A stretch of DNA of 64,000 bases, taken from Eledone cirrhosa (Eukaryota). Position 1 is the stretch's first letter; every line of letters starts with the position of its first letter. The notes beneath the pieces are model-generated. The model was not told the DNA's origin. It was given only the letters and a program-made list of their open reading frames with translations, and made no database searches. Positions 26,752 through 41,454 of this stretch are shown here, one piece after another. The stretch is taken from positions 357,244,001-357,308,000 of the forward strand of contig OZ024740.1 in NCBI GenBank assembly GCA_964016885.1, given 5' to 3'. The translations under genes were made by a program, and so were the position numbers.

Positions 26752-27312
26752 TCTGTATAATTTATATTTTTCAGAAATTATACTGGCTGATGATATTCTT
26801 GATGTTAACACTTTTCGTTACTGTTTTTACATCTTAATCGGTGACGGAGGGAGTTTTTGTCTAATAATGGCATAAATAATCTTGGATAATCGAAGTTTTA
26901 CAACTCACTATATTACATATTCACGACACTACCGTATTTGCACTTAATATCTCCGTCTTTTTAACCAGTTAACTTTAAACACAAGATCCATGCTGATCTA
27001 CAGTATTTCTAATTTCCAAAGATTTCAATTGGCTGGTTTTATTGGACTTAGCTTCTTTTTTGTTTCGTTTTTAGATATTTAAAACATCCAAAGGCAGGAT
27101 GTGTTTGTATTCTAATTACGCGACTAATCTCTTTTTCAATTCAAAATAAATATGTGAGACGCCATGATATTTTTATAGTTTTTGTTTTAGAGTAAATGAA
27201 AATGTATCGCCGCATATATCTGCATGTAAGCATAAAGAACTTTATATGTATATGATACTCGCACACACAGACACATACAGACACACACACACACATGTAT
27301 ATATATATATAT

Positions 27313-27380
27313 AAGATAGGGTGTGGTAAAAAACCCCAGCTAGACCAGAGTACTCGATGCCTGGGATAGTAGAGTGGGTA

Positions 27381-27382
<2 letters not shown>
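27313..27382 (-). mobile_element. fold-back element copy C (tail only)
   Basis: GGGTGTGGTAA...CCAGAGTACTCGAT...GTAGAGTGGGTAAT between (TA)n tracts. Confidence 0.65.
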
Positions 27383-27411
<29 letters not shown>

Positions 27412-27439
27412 GGGGCGTGTATATATATATATATATATC

Positions 27440-27690
27440 ATCATCATCATCATCGTTTAACGTCCATCTTCCACGCTAGCATGGGTTAGACGGGAGTCTA
27501 ATCCATGCTAGACTTGAGGCAAGGTTGGTCGGGTGACCGTGTCTCGCTCATATAGGACTATCTGGTAGGTTTCCTACGGCTGGATGCCCTTCCTAACACC
27601 AACCACATTTACAGTGTGGAACTGGGAACTTTTTACCGTGTTACCTACACGGCCACATTACAGCGTGGACTGTTTGTCGTGACACACACA
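27440..27690 (-). mobile_element. SINE-like repeat homologous to 1415-1670
   Basis: CTACGGCTGGATGCCCTTCCTAACACCAACCAC; (CAT)n tail. Confidence 0.65.
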
Positions 27691-27692
27691 CA

Positions 27693-27758
<66 letters not shown>

Positions 27759-27912
27759 TGTGTGTGTGTTGGTGCGTAACGTTTAGTTACTGATAGTGTG
27801 ACCACTCAATTAAATAGCCTCAGCAACCCACAAAACGGAACAAAAAACGTTCGCGGTCTACCAAAGGGGGTTTCTTCCAACAGGAGTAATAACACCCTGG
27901 ATTGGGGGATTG

Positions 27913-27957
<45 letters not shown>

Positions 27958-28386
27958 AAATTTAAAATACCAAAGGTAAAACTATATATACAAAGCTCAA
28001 ATGTATGTAGAGAATTATATATGATAGTGTATAATTGCGACGTCTTTTCTGAATTAGCTCGATGTATTTATATATTATATTTGTTTGAAGAGTAAGAAGT
28101 TTTTGAGGAGAAAGATTTGGAAATGCAGATATAAACAAGTATATAGATCGAAAATGTTTCTCTTAAAACATATTTAATTCCTTACTCATAAAAAAGAATA
28201 ATTGATCATAATGACTGACTAAGGTCTGAACAACAACAATAATAATTACCATGGTCTATATTTATTTTTATTAATACATCGTGCCACCAACAACTGTGTC
28301 TTCAAATACATTTAATATTTTTAACAATGCTTTTTCTATAATCAATTATTGTTTCTGTTATATTTTTTTACCACAACCTCTAATAG

Positions 28387-29811
28387 GATTTTATGCAAAT
28401 TATCTAACACAATTCATCTAAATTCATGTTTTCTTTAATGTTTTCACTAAACTAATAAATGTAGTTCCTTGAAGCAACAAAGGCATTACTATTATCAAAT
28501 ATTAAACGTAAAAAATATACACAAGTAACAATCACTTAAACTATATCTAGGTTTAATTGAAATTCATTCAACAGCCCTGCTACATCAGTCTCTGTTTAAC
28601 GTATGTCACGGTAAGTTGTTGATTCTATGTTGAGTTGTTGGTTTTGTTTTATGTTAAAAATTCAGTAGGCCATGATGTATCCCCAATTCAATAATTCAGA
28701 GAAAGGGCACATGTTGATTGATAATGGTTATATATTTTCTAAGCGAAAAACAGTTAAAATGGTGATAGTATCTACTGACCAGTTGAAAAGCATATACTAA
28801 TATTTGCAATAAGACGTCATTTGAAATGTTTTTCTCTGAGTGAGCATTACTATGTTAACAAAACATTTGAATCTGCCCCTTTATTATTCTATCAGCTGTA
28901 TACCCTGCATGGATTAAATGAAAAAGATTCACTGCCGCCTGCGCTTACTTTATTACCCGACAAATTGGAAGAAAGATACGTAACACTTTTACAAGAAATT
29001 ACAGCCACAATTGATTTTGAGTACGCTATGATCAAAGCATGTATGAAGGAATTTTGAAAGGCAACATAGAAGGGAGGCTTTTTCTATTTTACACAATATA
29101 TTTTTTGTAAAATTTAAAGCAGTGACTTTAAACAACAAAATGAAACATCCAAGTTTTGCTTTGAGTCTATGTATGTTACCAGCGTTAACATTCGTACCAG
29201 TAGACATAGTCATAAAGGTATTTAAGTTATTATGCTATAACAGCATCATCTCTCCAGAAGCCCAAGAGGTTTTGAATTATTTCAAAGACATGTGGATTGG
29301 GCGGCCAGACAGGACTGCTCAACGACCACGATACTTTTCACAAACAATACGGAATTTATACAATGTAGTTCTGCAGATATTGCCAAAACAAACAACTCAG
29401 TCAAAGATTGATACAGAGATTCCTAAACTTAAGTGGCAGCTCAACACCCCAATATTTCGAAATTTGTCGAGCAATATGTCAGGAAAGGAACCAGAAAAGT
29501 AAAAAAATGTGATACCGTGATGCTGTCCAACGCATAAAATACTTATTAGAACCTCCTAGACTATATTCATTTTAACAATTGTATGTATACTCAGAATTTT
29601 GTCCTTTGTTCTTCTATTTAAGAATTTACTAATAATTAATTCTAAAATAATGTAAGTTTTTCTTTTCCTTTTTAGATAAAGTGTAAGTAACATTATCTAT
29701 GTCAGCTACGTATATAATTTTATAGTGAAAAAAATAAAATAAAATTCAGATAAACTATGGTTTAGATGAATTGTTTTAGACGAATTGTAGTAGACAAATT
29801 CGGCGGATACC
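28387..29811 (+). mobile_element. decayed MULE (Mutator-like) transposon
   Basis: FYQLYTLHG, LLPDK, IDFEYAMIKA, LPALTFVP, YFKDMWIG; TIR remnants (ACAATTCATCTAAA / TTTAGATGAATTGT); candidate 9-bp TSD CTCTAATAG / ATCTAATAG. Confidence 0.85.
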
Positions 29812-30041
29812 ATCTAATAGTTCCTTTCCACGACTTCATTTACATTTAGTTAGCTTATATTTCTCTATGTTATACCAACTATATTCAAGAGTAACTAAAA
29901 CAAAATAAAATAAAAATAAAGTTAAAAACTAGAAAAAACACCTTTGACAACAATAATCTTGTAAAGTCACATGCTGAACACTTCAGAGATGTATATATGT
30001 GCATTTATAATTATAGTCACCTATCTCTCTATCTATCTCTC

Positions 30042-30144
<103 letters not shown>

Positions 30145-30167
30145 CTGTATGCGTGTATGTATTTATG

Positions 30168-30235
<68 letters not shown>

Positions 30236-31199
30236 CGTGCGTGCGTGTGTGTGTGCGTGTTTCTCCACACATATATATGAGAGAGAGAGAGAGATGGGGG
30301 AGAGAAAGAGAGAGAGAAGTTGACAATTCTTCATTAGATATTGTTCTCATGTCACTCACTCCCTTTTCCGGTTTCCGACTATATCACATACCAGGAAGAC
30401 ATCAGCGAGTTACTCCCTTATATTGCATTCGTTCTTCCAACGAATATGTGTATATTATACTTCACTGTCATCATTAGCATTGGTAATAACCACCACAGTA
30501 TTATAATTTAATACTTCTTAACTGGAAGGTATTTTAACAAAAACAGGTGTCACCTGAAAATTATATACTGTAAACTATCTTTACAATTTAAGGTTTTGTT
30601 AATCTGATATTTACTATAGTATTTTTTCAATCATTTTCGTTTCAGTCTTGTAGTAGAGGAATATTAAAGCGAAAGGGAAATGTAAACAGTGAATCTGCCT
30701 TTTAATTCAACCATAATTCATACGTCCGTACACTGAAAACAAATAGGAATACTCATGAAAGTATAAATATGTGTATTTATGTTAATATATTGTAATGTAT
30801 TGAGATTGACAGTCACAGCTGGGCGAGTCGATAAGGCACTGGACCTTCAAGCAAAGGGTCAGTGTTTCGTATATTATCACCGGATTTGGGTGGATCGTGG
30901 GAAAGATGTATAACTCCTAATGTCCTAGCATACTTAACTGGCGTATCATAAGCAGTTGATGAATGCAGTATCATTGATAAGTGTTAAACTAACTAGAACA
31001 GCAGGTTTCTTACTCGAGCTATACAACCTGAAGACAAAGTTTTCAAATTGTGACTCAAATAAATCAAAATCAAAGTACAAGTGTCACACGTTTAATTACA
31101 TTTTCATGCATGTGTCTGTAAATATATATTCAGAAGTATTTCAAAATGTTCTTTACCTAAATTCATATTTCGAGGTGTTTGGTGGTGTCTAGTAAATAT

Positions 31200-31433
31200 A
31201 CAAGGAAGTTTTGAGACTTCTTCAAAGTAGGATTCTTTGACTTCAATGAACTTGTTGTAGTGCTTCAACTTTGTGAAGACCCCCAAGAAGTCCTGCAAAG
31301 TGAAGGTGTCCAGAACCCTTGCCACAGCCCCCTTCACCTTCTGAATGCCTTCGAAACGAACGCCCCTGAGGTTCACCTTCAGTTTCAGGAACAACCAAAT
31401 GTCACAGGGAGCAAGGTCTGGACAGTAGGGGGT
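31200..31433 (-). mobile_element. mariner transposase C-terminal fragment
   Basis: PYCPDLAPCDIWLFLKLKVNLRGVRF (YSPDLAPxD motif). Confidence 0.85.
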
Positions 31434-32581
31434 TCATATTTACATATATTTAACAAATCTGTGTGTGGCACAGAGAATTATAAAATTTCTGCCATGTCGA
31501 GTTTGTCGTCAAGATTCAATTTATGCTTGAGTTATTTCACTTCCTATTTGTTCTCTTAGTCAATGGATTAGAAAGGTCTGGTCTTCCATTATATTCTTTT
31601 ACCTAAAATAGAGTATTCTGCAGGTCTTCACATTCATTTTCAAATTTATTAATCTGTGTGAATATATAGACGGAAATAAAATAGTCAATCACTGATGCAA
31701 CCAACACCCTTGAAGTAGTACTCACATAAACACAGTGCCAACGCTACATACATGCAAACTGTTTATATACCATCCAGAAAAGGTCTCTCACTTCTGACTC
31801 ACTACAAAAGTTTGCTTCTCAAACACAAGCTCTGAGATGCACTGATATTGTGATCTTTTGATTTTCACTTTCAAAACTACTACATTTTAAAACTAACTAA
31901 CTTATACCCCTTTCATCTCATCAAGAGCAGCTCAACCCAGCAGTCTCTTTTCATCATCCACCAAAGTCGACCGGAGAAATCTGTCCACTTTTTTCTGGCA
32001 TTGCTACAATGTTTTACATATCACTTTTTACATTCTAATCCTCTACAATACGCTTCCACCATATGTCCCTCTTGCACTCATCAACGTAGAATTTGACTAG
32101 TCTAAAATGGCATTAAAAACGATGGGCCCCCTTTCTCTAAGTCCACCTTGACTAACTTTAAAAACACTAAGTTATGCGTTTTGTTTCCGATATCGACTTT
32201 ATCTTTACTATACAACCATATAAATTTATGGTTCACTGTTCCTTCATTTATATTATGAAATCATCAAATTATGACCCAGTAATGATCATTTAAAACGAAA
32301 GTAACGCATTTTATTTAAATGTCTTGCTTCAGTGTAAACATCTTATCACACCCTACTTTCAATTCAACTGATTTTTTTTCATTGTATATATATATAAAGA
32401 CAATCATTGTATATATAAAAAAACAATCAACAGGGCGTTTACCTCTGATGTATTGCATTAACTCTGGGTAACACTATTACGATTCCTTCTTTTTTTTATT
32501 TTTCCCTGATCATGTAAGGGATCCCACACTTAGGTTAAATTTATCTTTATGTGAACATGAAATATTGTTTTAATCTTTACT

Positions 32582-32621
<40 letters not shown>

Positions 32622-33336
32622 CACATACATTATTGTTATCATTATTATTATTACTATTATTATTATCAAATATTTGGTTAAGCTTATTTTCTTGTTTTAA
32701 ATATAGTAAGATCTCCCTGAAAACAAAGTTCTAGTCTATTACATATGACTAAATGTTCTTCTCTCCCATAATGTTTTAAGCATCTTTTCTTAATTATCGC
32801 ACTTATCTATCTCTCTTCCTCCCCGTTCTTTTGTAAGTATCCACCACCCATTTTATTTTGGACATAGCTATCCCATTTTCTCCGCTATCACTACAGTACT
32901 GATTCAATGTGTTTTATTACGCTAACTATTCTTGTAATTCACTTTCTCTCTCTCATAATAATACCAACTCTTACATCCACTCACTTGTTTCTTACCCTAT
33001 ATTTTATTCTTTGCTTTTCCTTTATCCCTCGTTTTCTATATCTTCCACTCTATCTCTTATTCTTTCAGTTTCTCCTTAATTGTCAGTCTGTACGATTTAT
33101 TTCTCCTCTGTAACTTAAAATTGCGTTTGTAGTACATTTCAAAGACATAAGGCCGTTAATTTTGGTAAGAGGGAGCTGCCAATTATCTCAGTCAATACTT
33201 GACTGATAATTATTTTAATGACTCTGGAATTCCGAGGAAAGGGCGTGTCAAAATTACAATATCCACTCTCCAGTTGGCACTTTCATTTACCTTCAGCGTC
33301 ATTTGAACTTCTTTTACTGTCGCTATCTGTCTCATA

Positions 33337-33620
33337 GGCGGCGAATTGGCAGAGTCGTTAGAGCGTCGGATAGAATCATTTATGATATTCGTTCCGGCTC
33401 TCTTCTTTCTGAGTTCAACTTTGCCTTTCATCATTTCGGGATCGATAAAAATAAGTACCAGTCTAGTACTAGGGTCGATTCTTCCTCTTTCTGGAAGAAA
33501 TCTGTTGTACTCAGGCCTGGAGAGAGATGGGCTCCGCCAGGCTTAAAATGCCCAAGAAACGCCGTATGTCAATACGGCACCCCTACGACTCTATCAGGAA
33601 TTATGGGACCATACATACAT
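33337..33620 (+). mobile_element. SINE family A variant with TTCTGGAAGAAA tail
   Basis: GGCGGCGAATTGGCAGAGTCG head, core, and tail as at 2950-3200. Confidence 0.75.
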
Positions 33621-33825
33621 CTGTCTCATAACAAGGGTTTGTGTGTCTGTGGAACTTATAGATATACACCAGGTTTCTCCCGCTCTCTCCATTTTTTACT
33701 ATTATGAGCAAATGGGGCCCCACATACTGGCCCTCCCACGGCCCCAGCGGACAGATACAATTACAACATTTTAATTTCACTCTCCCGCTTCTTCATATAT
33801 CTATTTATCTTCTATTATTTCAGTG

Positions 33826-33992
33826 TAGAGGCTCGGATGCCATGCTTTGACGCATAGAGTTACGGCCCTTGCCATTCTGAGTTCAAATCCCGCCGAGGTT
33901 AACTTTGCCTTTCATCCTTACGGGGTCGATAAAATAAAGTACCAGTAATGCACTGGGTAACTGCTGGCCTTGTGCCAAAAGTAGAAAATTAT
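33826..33992 (+). mobile_element. SINE family A
   Basis: Near-identical to 140-302. Confidence 0.85.
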
Positions 33993-34783
33993 TTCAGTCA
34001 ATGTTAACTGTCGATTTGTATACATTGTTTATATAATAATTAATAGCTTCACTGAAATTAGTACTAAATGTTCATATTCGTATGTTGCTTTTACGTTGCA
34101 ATTGCATTTATCTTTAAAGTTACATTACTTCAATTTCTCTGTAACTTAAACGTGCTTTTAGGGCAACAGAAACAGACAGCAAGAATCCTACATTGCTCAT
34201 GGTCAATTTTATGTTCGATGTTAAAGAGTTTGAAACCCCCTAAATCTATTCATATATGCCCCTACTGGTAAAATCAGTGACATTGTGCCTCCTGGGGTGT
34301 TGTCCTGAAAGTATTCAGAATTTCTATAGTTATGATGGTTACAGATTTGATGTCATAAGGCTGGGATTCAGCACAATTCCTAATGTCGATATTTCATTGT
34401 TTCAATTAATGCTCTTGGCCAGTTCCAATACATAAATATATGAGTTAGTGAATTACATCTGGACACTTTCGGTTCCACACGTTATCAGAATGATTTAATT
34501 TCTATTAGTAGTTTATCTCCTAATACATTTGTTTCTGCTCATTTTACATTTTCTTTTAAGAATTAAAGTAATTCAGGAGAAAGGATAAAATAAATAACAA
34601 AATTTGTTTTCGCTCTAACATAGTGGACACGTAAATGCATTCGTGAGTTTTGCATCGAATAATAATAATATTATTATTATATTATTAGTAATCGATTCGT
34701 TAGTCATTTAGAAAACACACATGGTGTTTATGGGGCTGTTTGCTTGCAAACAAACCAAATATTATTAATATTATGATATTATA

Positions 34784-34884
34784 GCCGAGGTTAACTTTGC
34801 CTTTCATCCTTACGGGGTCGATGAAATAAAATACCAGTAATGCACTGGTTAATTGCTGGCCTTGTGCCAAAAGTAGAAACAATT
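34784..34884 (+). mobile_element. SINE family A 3' half
   Basis: Core and tail match. Confidence 0.8.
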
Positions 34885-34966
34885 ATAATATCATTATTAT
34901 TCACTCACGAACACACACCCACACACCAACCCACACACCAACCCACACACACACACATATATATAT

Positions 34967-35113
34967 GAAAGAGTCAGGATCCCGACGGCTGAGCTCTTGC
35001 TAGTTCAACCGTCGGGGTCCTGGCTCATTCATATAATCCTACTCTACTACCACCAAGTATCGAGGACTCTGGTGAGTAATCGTCTAACCAGTTTCATACT
35101 GTATCCATCTTGA
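34967..35113 (+). mobile_element. fold-back element copy D (short hairpin)
   Basis: GAGTCAGGATCCCGACGGCTGAGCTC...ACCGTCGGGGTCCTGGCTC plus the shared tail. Confidence 0.75.
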
Positions 35114-35115
35114 TT

Positions 35116-35228
<113 letters not shown>

Positions 35229-36286
35229 GTGTGTGTGTGTGTGTGTGCGTGCGTGTGCGTGCGTGTGCGTGCGTGTGCGTGTGTGTCTGATGAACCTGTA
35301 ATAAACAGCCGAAATTCCAGCCTAACAAGACTCACTATATAGCCTTAAGAAAATGATTTTAAATTATAATTCGGTATTAAGTACTACTTTCTCTCAGCCA
35401 TCAACCACATACGGATATAACTAGTCTATATTGTCTAGTTATTTTATTTTCTCATTAATGTTTTGTTAATTAATTTATTTTGGTACATGCCGCGGAAAGG
35501 AAAAGAAACTCTTTAACATAAACTCTAATTTAATTAGTCTTTTGAAGATGTGTTAAGATTCTAGGTAAGGAGAAACGGGTAAGAGGAAACTGGTAGCTGC
35601 AATGTCCATGCTTCCCCCAAAGATATCAGCAAGAAATTGTTCTTTACAGTATCAGAAACCCTATTACGCACAAGGCCTCGTATATAACGGTTAGCGGAAT
35701 AAGATGTTGTAGTGTTCATTCTTTGCCCATGGGTATAAACAAACATGAAAAATTAAATGACTTCAGTTGAGAAGCGATACCGCGTCAATGTCTGAACTAA
35801 ACTGGCAGCATATCTCTTACACTGTGTTCGCCCGTCAGTAGAACAAGACACTGTATTAAACAAACAACTGGATTGAAAGCAATAACAATGAGGTTACATA
35901 ATAGTCTTATCAAAACAGAATCAAGTGCCACAAACAATACAAATACATACATATACAATCAACTTTACTAAAATCTTTTTAAACTAAAAGACATTCACTG
36001 GAGACATCAGAAATATCATCTTTATTTCGGTCTTAATCATACACTTGATACCAACAAACATGCACAAAAGAAACTATCATATTTCTTTAAAAACAATATG
36101 GAAAACTCATTTAAAGCTGCGAAAAAACTACGACAGCCTTCTTTAAAATATTCTTTTCCTTGGCCCTGTCACTATTATAAGTAGTGCGCGTGCGAATATG
36201 TATTTTGATATTACGTGAATATGTGTGCTTATATAATGATGGATGTGCGCGTTGTTTACAATTGATAGATAGATATATATATAGAT

Positions 36287-36484
36287 ATGTTTCTTTATTA
36301 GCCACAGGGGCACAAAAGATGGGGACAAATACAAAGGGGGAAGTTTACATACAATAAAAACGTGTAAAATGTTATCACAAATGCAATTTAAAAAAATTAG
36401 TCGATTTTCCCCAATAGGGGGAGACAGTTCATATGGGTAACACATACCCCCGAAAAAATGTGAAATCCTCATCTCCAGGAGTAC
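36287..36484 (-). mobile_element. Tx1 LINE 3' UTR fragment
   Basis: Near-identical to 5551-5746; flanked by (GATA)n. Confidence 0.9.
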
Positions 36485-36485
36485 A

Positions 36486-36526
<41 letters not shown>

Positions 36527-36527
<1 letters not shown>

Positions 36528-36937
36528 TTCTTTATTAGCCACAAGGGCGCAACAAGAAAGGGGACAATACAAAGACATGCCGGGGATTTTACATACAGTC
36601 GTGTAAAAAATATAAAAACAAACAATTTCAACAATCGAAATCCCCAATAGGGGGGAGGCGCCACAAATGGGTTGTTTAATACCCCGTCGATAGAACAACC
36701 CTCAACTCAAGGAGCGTGTTGTGCAAGTGCTCCTTTCTTCCTTTTGCTCTCTTCCTCAACCTACAGGCTTATAAACAGAGAAGGCCCAATCACTCGGGCC
36801 ATTTTCGCTTCATTCACCCACCTTTCAGTAAATTTACTGGGGTGCAGTGCCTCTCTCTCCACCCTGATTCTCCTTCTAAAGTGATACTTAAAGAATGGAA
36901 TCAATTGTTGTCCGGAGAGAAAGGCATCTGTCCTCAG
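36527..36937 (-). mobile_element. Tx1 LINE 3' fragment
   Basis: Homologous to 62454-62853 (RRRIRVEREALHPSKFTERWV); (GATA)n on both sides. Confidence 0.9.
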
Positions 36938-37043
<106 letters not shown>

Positions 37044-37454
37044 ACAAATAAATAAATAGATAGATAGATAGATATAAATAGATAGATAGATAGACAGAAA
37101 GTTGAACAAATAAACAAATAAAATGTTATACAATAATATATACATTTTTGGATAAACAAATATTCATATACATGCAAAGTGAGTATGCTCCGTTGAGGAG
37201 ATCTAATAAGATAGAAACACGTCCATTACTTTCATCATCTTGGCTTATAAACAAAGTTCGCCACACAGCAACGTCTAAAAAGCATGAACCAGACAAGACT
37301 AAAAGAGTTATCTCCCTTATTTACTTACATGACCGGACAAACTTAAATGGAGGTTCAGTTTTCAAATTGCGAGGATAGTAGAAATTGTTTTGAGATTTCT
37401 CCCCACTCACCATATTTAGACAATGATACCTTATCATTTGTACACACACACACA

Positions 37455-37511
<57 letters not shown>

Positions 37512-38074
37512 GCACATACATATATGATAATGGTTTCTTATTTACTGATACTTATAGCAACCCCGTAAGGATGAAAGGCAAAGCTAATAGAAATGCGTCT
37601 ATGTGAAAAATCTCCTTTTCTATCATCCACTCTAAATAACGCAAAACTCACATTACGCTTAGTTCCAAACATCTCACTGGAATAGTATATATGTATTATA
37701 TATATATTTAAAAGTCTGTTTGTATAGAAAGTCGTGCAATGCAAGTGGGTTAGATAGCCAAGATAATAATCAGAAAGGAATTGAGAGAAAAAGCAACAAA
37801 GCAACAAAGGACGTGTGAAAAAGCAACAAAGGACGTGTGATTGAAAGTTACCATAGCAACTATTATTCCCAAAATCTTTGGTGACCACGAAGAAGAAAAA
37901 TCCCGAAACTCCCCTTACGGGACTCTCTTGAAAATAGATGGTTTATTCGAATGATTTCGGGAATAATAAATTGCTAAGGTAACTTTCAATCACTCATCCT
38001 TTCTTTTATTTTGCTTTCTCTCTCAATTCCCTTCTGATTATTACCTTGACAATCTAACCACCCCACTTCATGCC

Positions 38075-38300
38075 ATTCTATCCTCCCCACTTCAACAGGG
38101 TCCTTCCTCAGACGTACTGCTAACTTACCCATTTTTAGGAGAACATCAGAAGTGCCGGGGCCGAGAACACCAGAGGTTTCGACGGTTACCGGTATGAAAA
38201 TGAAGCGGTCGGTCAAGACCCCGTATTTGTTTATCTTCATCTATTCTGCATTGCAGGGGCCGGTGCCCGGATTTGCGACCGAAGCGACAAAGCGTTACTA
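38075..38300 (-). mobile_element. CRE-like LINE C-terminal fragment
   Basis: KYGVLTDRFIFIPVTVETSGVLGPG. Confidence 0.7.
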
Positions 38301-38664
38301 ATGGCAATATTAATAAACACACAAGCAGAGCAATTTTTGTGGGGTTGGATAATAAAAAATATATATCTAATAGAATACAGATTATTTGAAAGAACAAGAT
38401 GCAGATTGTAACAATTTCCAAAAGAGAAAATGTGAAAAGAGAGTAAATGAGACATTTTTTAGATATTTTCTGCTAAATCGTTACAGGATGTTAAGTGCTA
38501 ATTAATACACATTAAAGTATTTTATGAAACGCAATTTATGAAACAAATGTTCTGAATTCCCATCGAGAGATAAAACCTCAAAAGAATCTACAAACCACCT
38601 AAGGTCTCTGATTTTTTGAAAATGTTTGAAATCAGAATGAAGTCATATGAAATAGCATGACATT

Positions 38665-39062
38665 TTATCGGCGCGTGGCTTGATTCGGTGCCCTTCTCAT
38701 CAACCGGTATCCTTCTTGGGGATGAGGGCACTCACATTGGAATAACCCAGCGCCTAAGCTACCTTTGTGGGACTTTGTTGACGATTTCAGCCTGCATCCG
38801 CTATCATACCGATTTAGCGCAGGCCGTTTTTCCCGACACGATATTCCGAATTACATCATCAAGAGGAGCCTCGACGCAGCCGGCTTTCCGTCACAACTGG
38901 AGCCAGCTGGCCTCGATCGTGGCGATAGTAAGTGCCTCGATGAAATAACTCCCTTCTCATTCGAAGAACGTAAATCCCTAATCTGGGATGTGACTCGTTC
39001 TCTGCTTCCAACTTTGTCATTTCGACCGAAATCCCGAACACCTTCGCCCGCAATGCAGAGGA
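38665..39062 (+). mobile_element. CRE-like LINE endonuclease-region fragment
   Basis: GAWLDSVP, HPLS...AGRFSRH, LEPAGLDRGD...KSLIWDVT. Confidence 0.75.
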
Positions 39063-39899
39063 GGGTAAGTTGTAGCTTTTCCTATGATGTTTTCAAGCTA
39101 TATTTTTTTATATAGCTAATGGTGACCCAGTGAGACATTTTAAGCGTGTGTGTGGATGAGATCTTTTTATAGAACATTAAGGAATGACCATTTTAAATTT
39201 CTTTCACTTTATATCACTAATGTCCTTGAAAAGCATATGAAGATCATATAAAATCATTTATCCTTACTGGATTATATAAATCATTATGTAATATTATTGT
39301 TCCCCATGTTATCGTCTATGACACTTTAAGAAGCAAAGTAGATTTTGAACTCAGAACAATTTATTTTTGATTAATTGATTAAAGGAGCAAGTATAGCAGT
39401 GCAAGTGTGATTTTGTAATCTCTCCCAGACTGGAGATATCGATACGATTGAAGTTCAACATGACATTTTATCGATCAAAAGTGAAACGGCGAGATTATGA
39501 GTTGGCGATTTGTAGTAGATGGTTAAAGCAGTATGAGAGTGAACTTCTGATCACAGATATGAAAAACAGCCAATAGGTAATTAACTTAGTGCAACACACT
39601 ACCGACGCCAATGCTGATATCAAGAAACATAAAAAAAAACTCATTCTTTTCACTAAAGTTCTCAAGTGTGTCACACCTTGGTGTGCGAGTTAGAAAAGCA
39701 AATCTCCAGTAGAGTGGATTTTATTGAAACCATATTAGTGGCCATTGAGAAGAGAAAGAGGGAAAGAGAGAGAAGGGTAGATGGAAAGAGAGAAATAAAG
39801 ATAGAACGATAGATGAGGAGAGGGAGAGGAAGAAAAAGAAAGTGAGAGGGAGAGAAAGAATGAGAAAGAGAGAGGGGAGATAAAGAGATTGTTGGTGGA

Positions 39900-40360
39900 T
39901 CAGAGAAGGTGCTCTTGTTGGGATTGAGACACCTTGTCGCATATTTTAATAAATTAAAATGTATCCGCTTGGGAAGAGGAAAAATTGAAAAGTTTGCCAA
40001 AGATATGATGTAACACTGGAACTCTCTGCTGAAATCTAATGAACATAATACCACTAAGACCGATAATATTGGTGATGTAGAATAGCTGAAGAGGTTTGCT
40101 CAACTGTGTCCGTGGTTGTGAGGCGAACGAAATAGTAAAAATTAATGAGTGAAGAAAGCTTTGTTGAGTGTGACCCATGCCGAACTGGATACAAAATGGA
40201 CAGCAAAATGTAGGCAACTTAGGGAGCTATCTGTATTGAGATATGAGGAGTAGTGGGGTTCTGGAAAGCAAGAAAAGACTCTCTGAACAATTGACCAAAA
40301 TGTGTCAAGAGTTCTTGCAGGCGTTGGAATAGTGTTTAGATCATCCAGCACATTTCGCTC
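39900..40360 (-). mobile_element. CR1-group LINE pre-RT fragment
   Basis: TFWSIVQRV, LFAVHF-like segment, RCLNPNKS. Confidence 0.45.
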
Positions 40361-40446
40361 TTTTACTACTCATTTACCAATAGCAACCTACAGATACACA
40401 TACACACACACACATGCATATATACATACGCACGTACGCAGGTATA

Positions 40447-40527
<81 letters not shown>

Positions 40528-41065
40528 ATATACAAATTTGTAGTATCACTTTAACATAAGTTTAACATATAAACTTTGTATACGCGTGTATAGAAATGTA
40601 TACGTCTTATATAAGCATGTAATATATACTCATTCTACAAATGTTTAATATTTACATTTGGAATATACGAACAGTGTATCGCTTTTTTTTTGTATACATG
40701 TTAAATGTATACTTATGTTCTATATACGAATAAAACAAACGTCAGTTGCTTCTGGCAGCATTATTTTCAACACTTATAGTGAATGACGTATAATTCAGTG
40801 AGCTCCCAAAGAGATGGAAATAGGATCCGATTTCGTTTCTTGATTCAAGTCAATCCAATTCCCTTGTTTCGTTGATCCTCTTGGGAAATGCATGAATGCT
40901 TCATTCCTTTTTCTTGAAAATAGGAAGCAATGTATGTGTCAAAATACAATAGTTTTAAACACAAGAAACGTATAGTAGAAATATAATTTTTGCCAGGTCA
41001 AAACTTCTATTTCTGGTTGAAACTATGTCACTTTCCTTATGCCACTAATGACGCTAGCACAAACA

Positions 41066-41257
41066 CAGACCTGCCAACCTCTAAAAACTCAAACAGGGAG
41101 TACTATGAAGTACTTCCCAAAACGGGGAGAAATGAGGCAAAACAGGGAGATTTTACATAATGAAAGCTATACCCATTTTCACAAGAGAAGACATCTCTCA
41201 CCCACCCCAAAGTGGCTGGGGGATCTCCCCGTCGAACGAGGAGAGTTGACAGGTCTG
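41066..41257. mobile_element. ~190-bp MITE
   Basis: TIRs CAGACCTGCCAAC / GTTGACAGGTCTG; inverted homologue at 43313-43506. Confidence 0.8.
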
Positions 41258-41454
41258 CAATAATTTTCTCTTTTCCTTCGAATTCTTGTCTATTTGTGAA
41301 ATATTTCTTTTCAAGTATTCTTATACCACTTATGAGCCGAAGTCTACTTTGCATTGCATTAGAGTCAGTGAAACAAACTGCCAATCGCACATTTGAGTAA
41401 ATTAATCGACTGTGGTTGCCTCTCCAAAGAAAAACGATATACATATCAGTAAAT

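Noticed and set aside
37150-37420. Possible mariner fragment (FEISPHSPY)
   Set aside because: Too decayed to support with motifs
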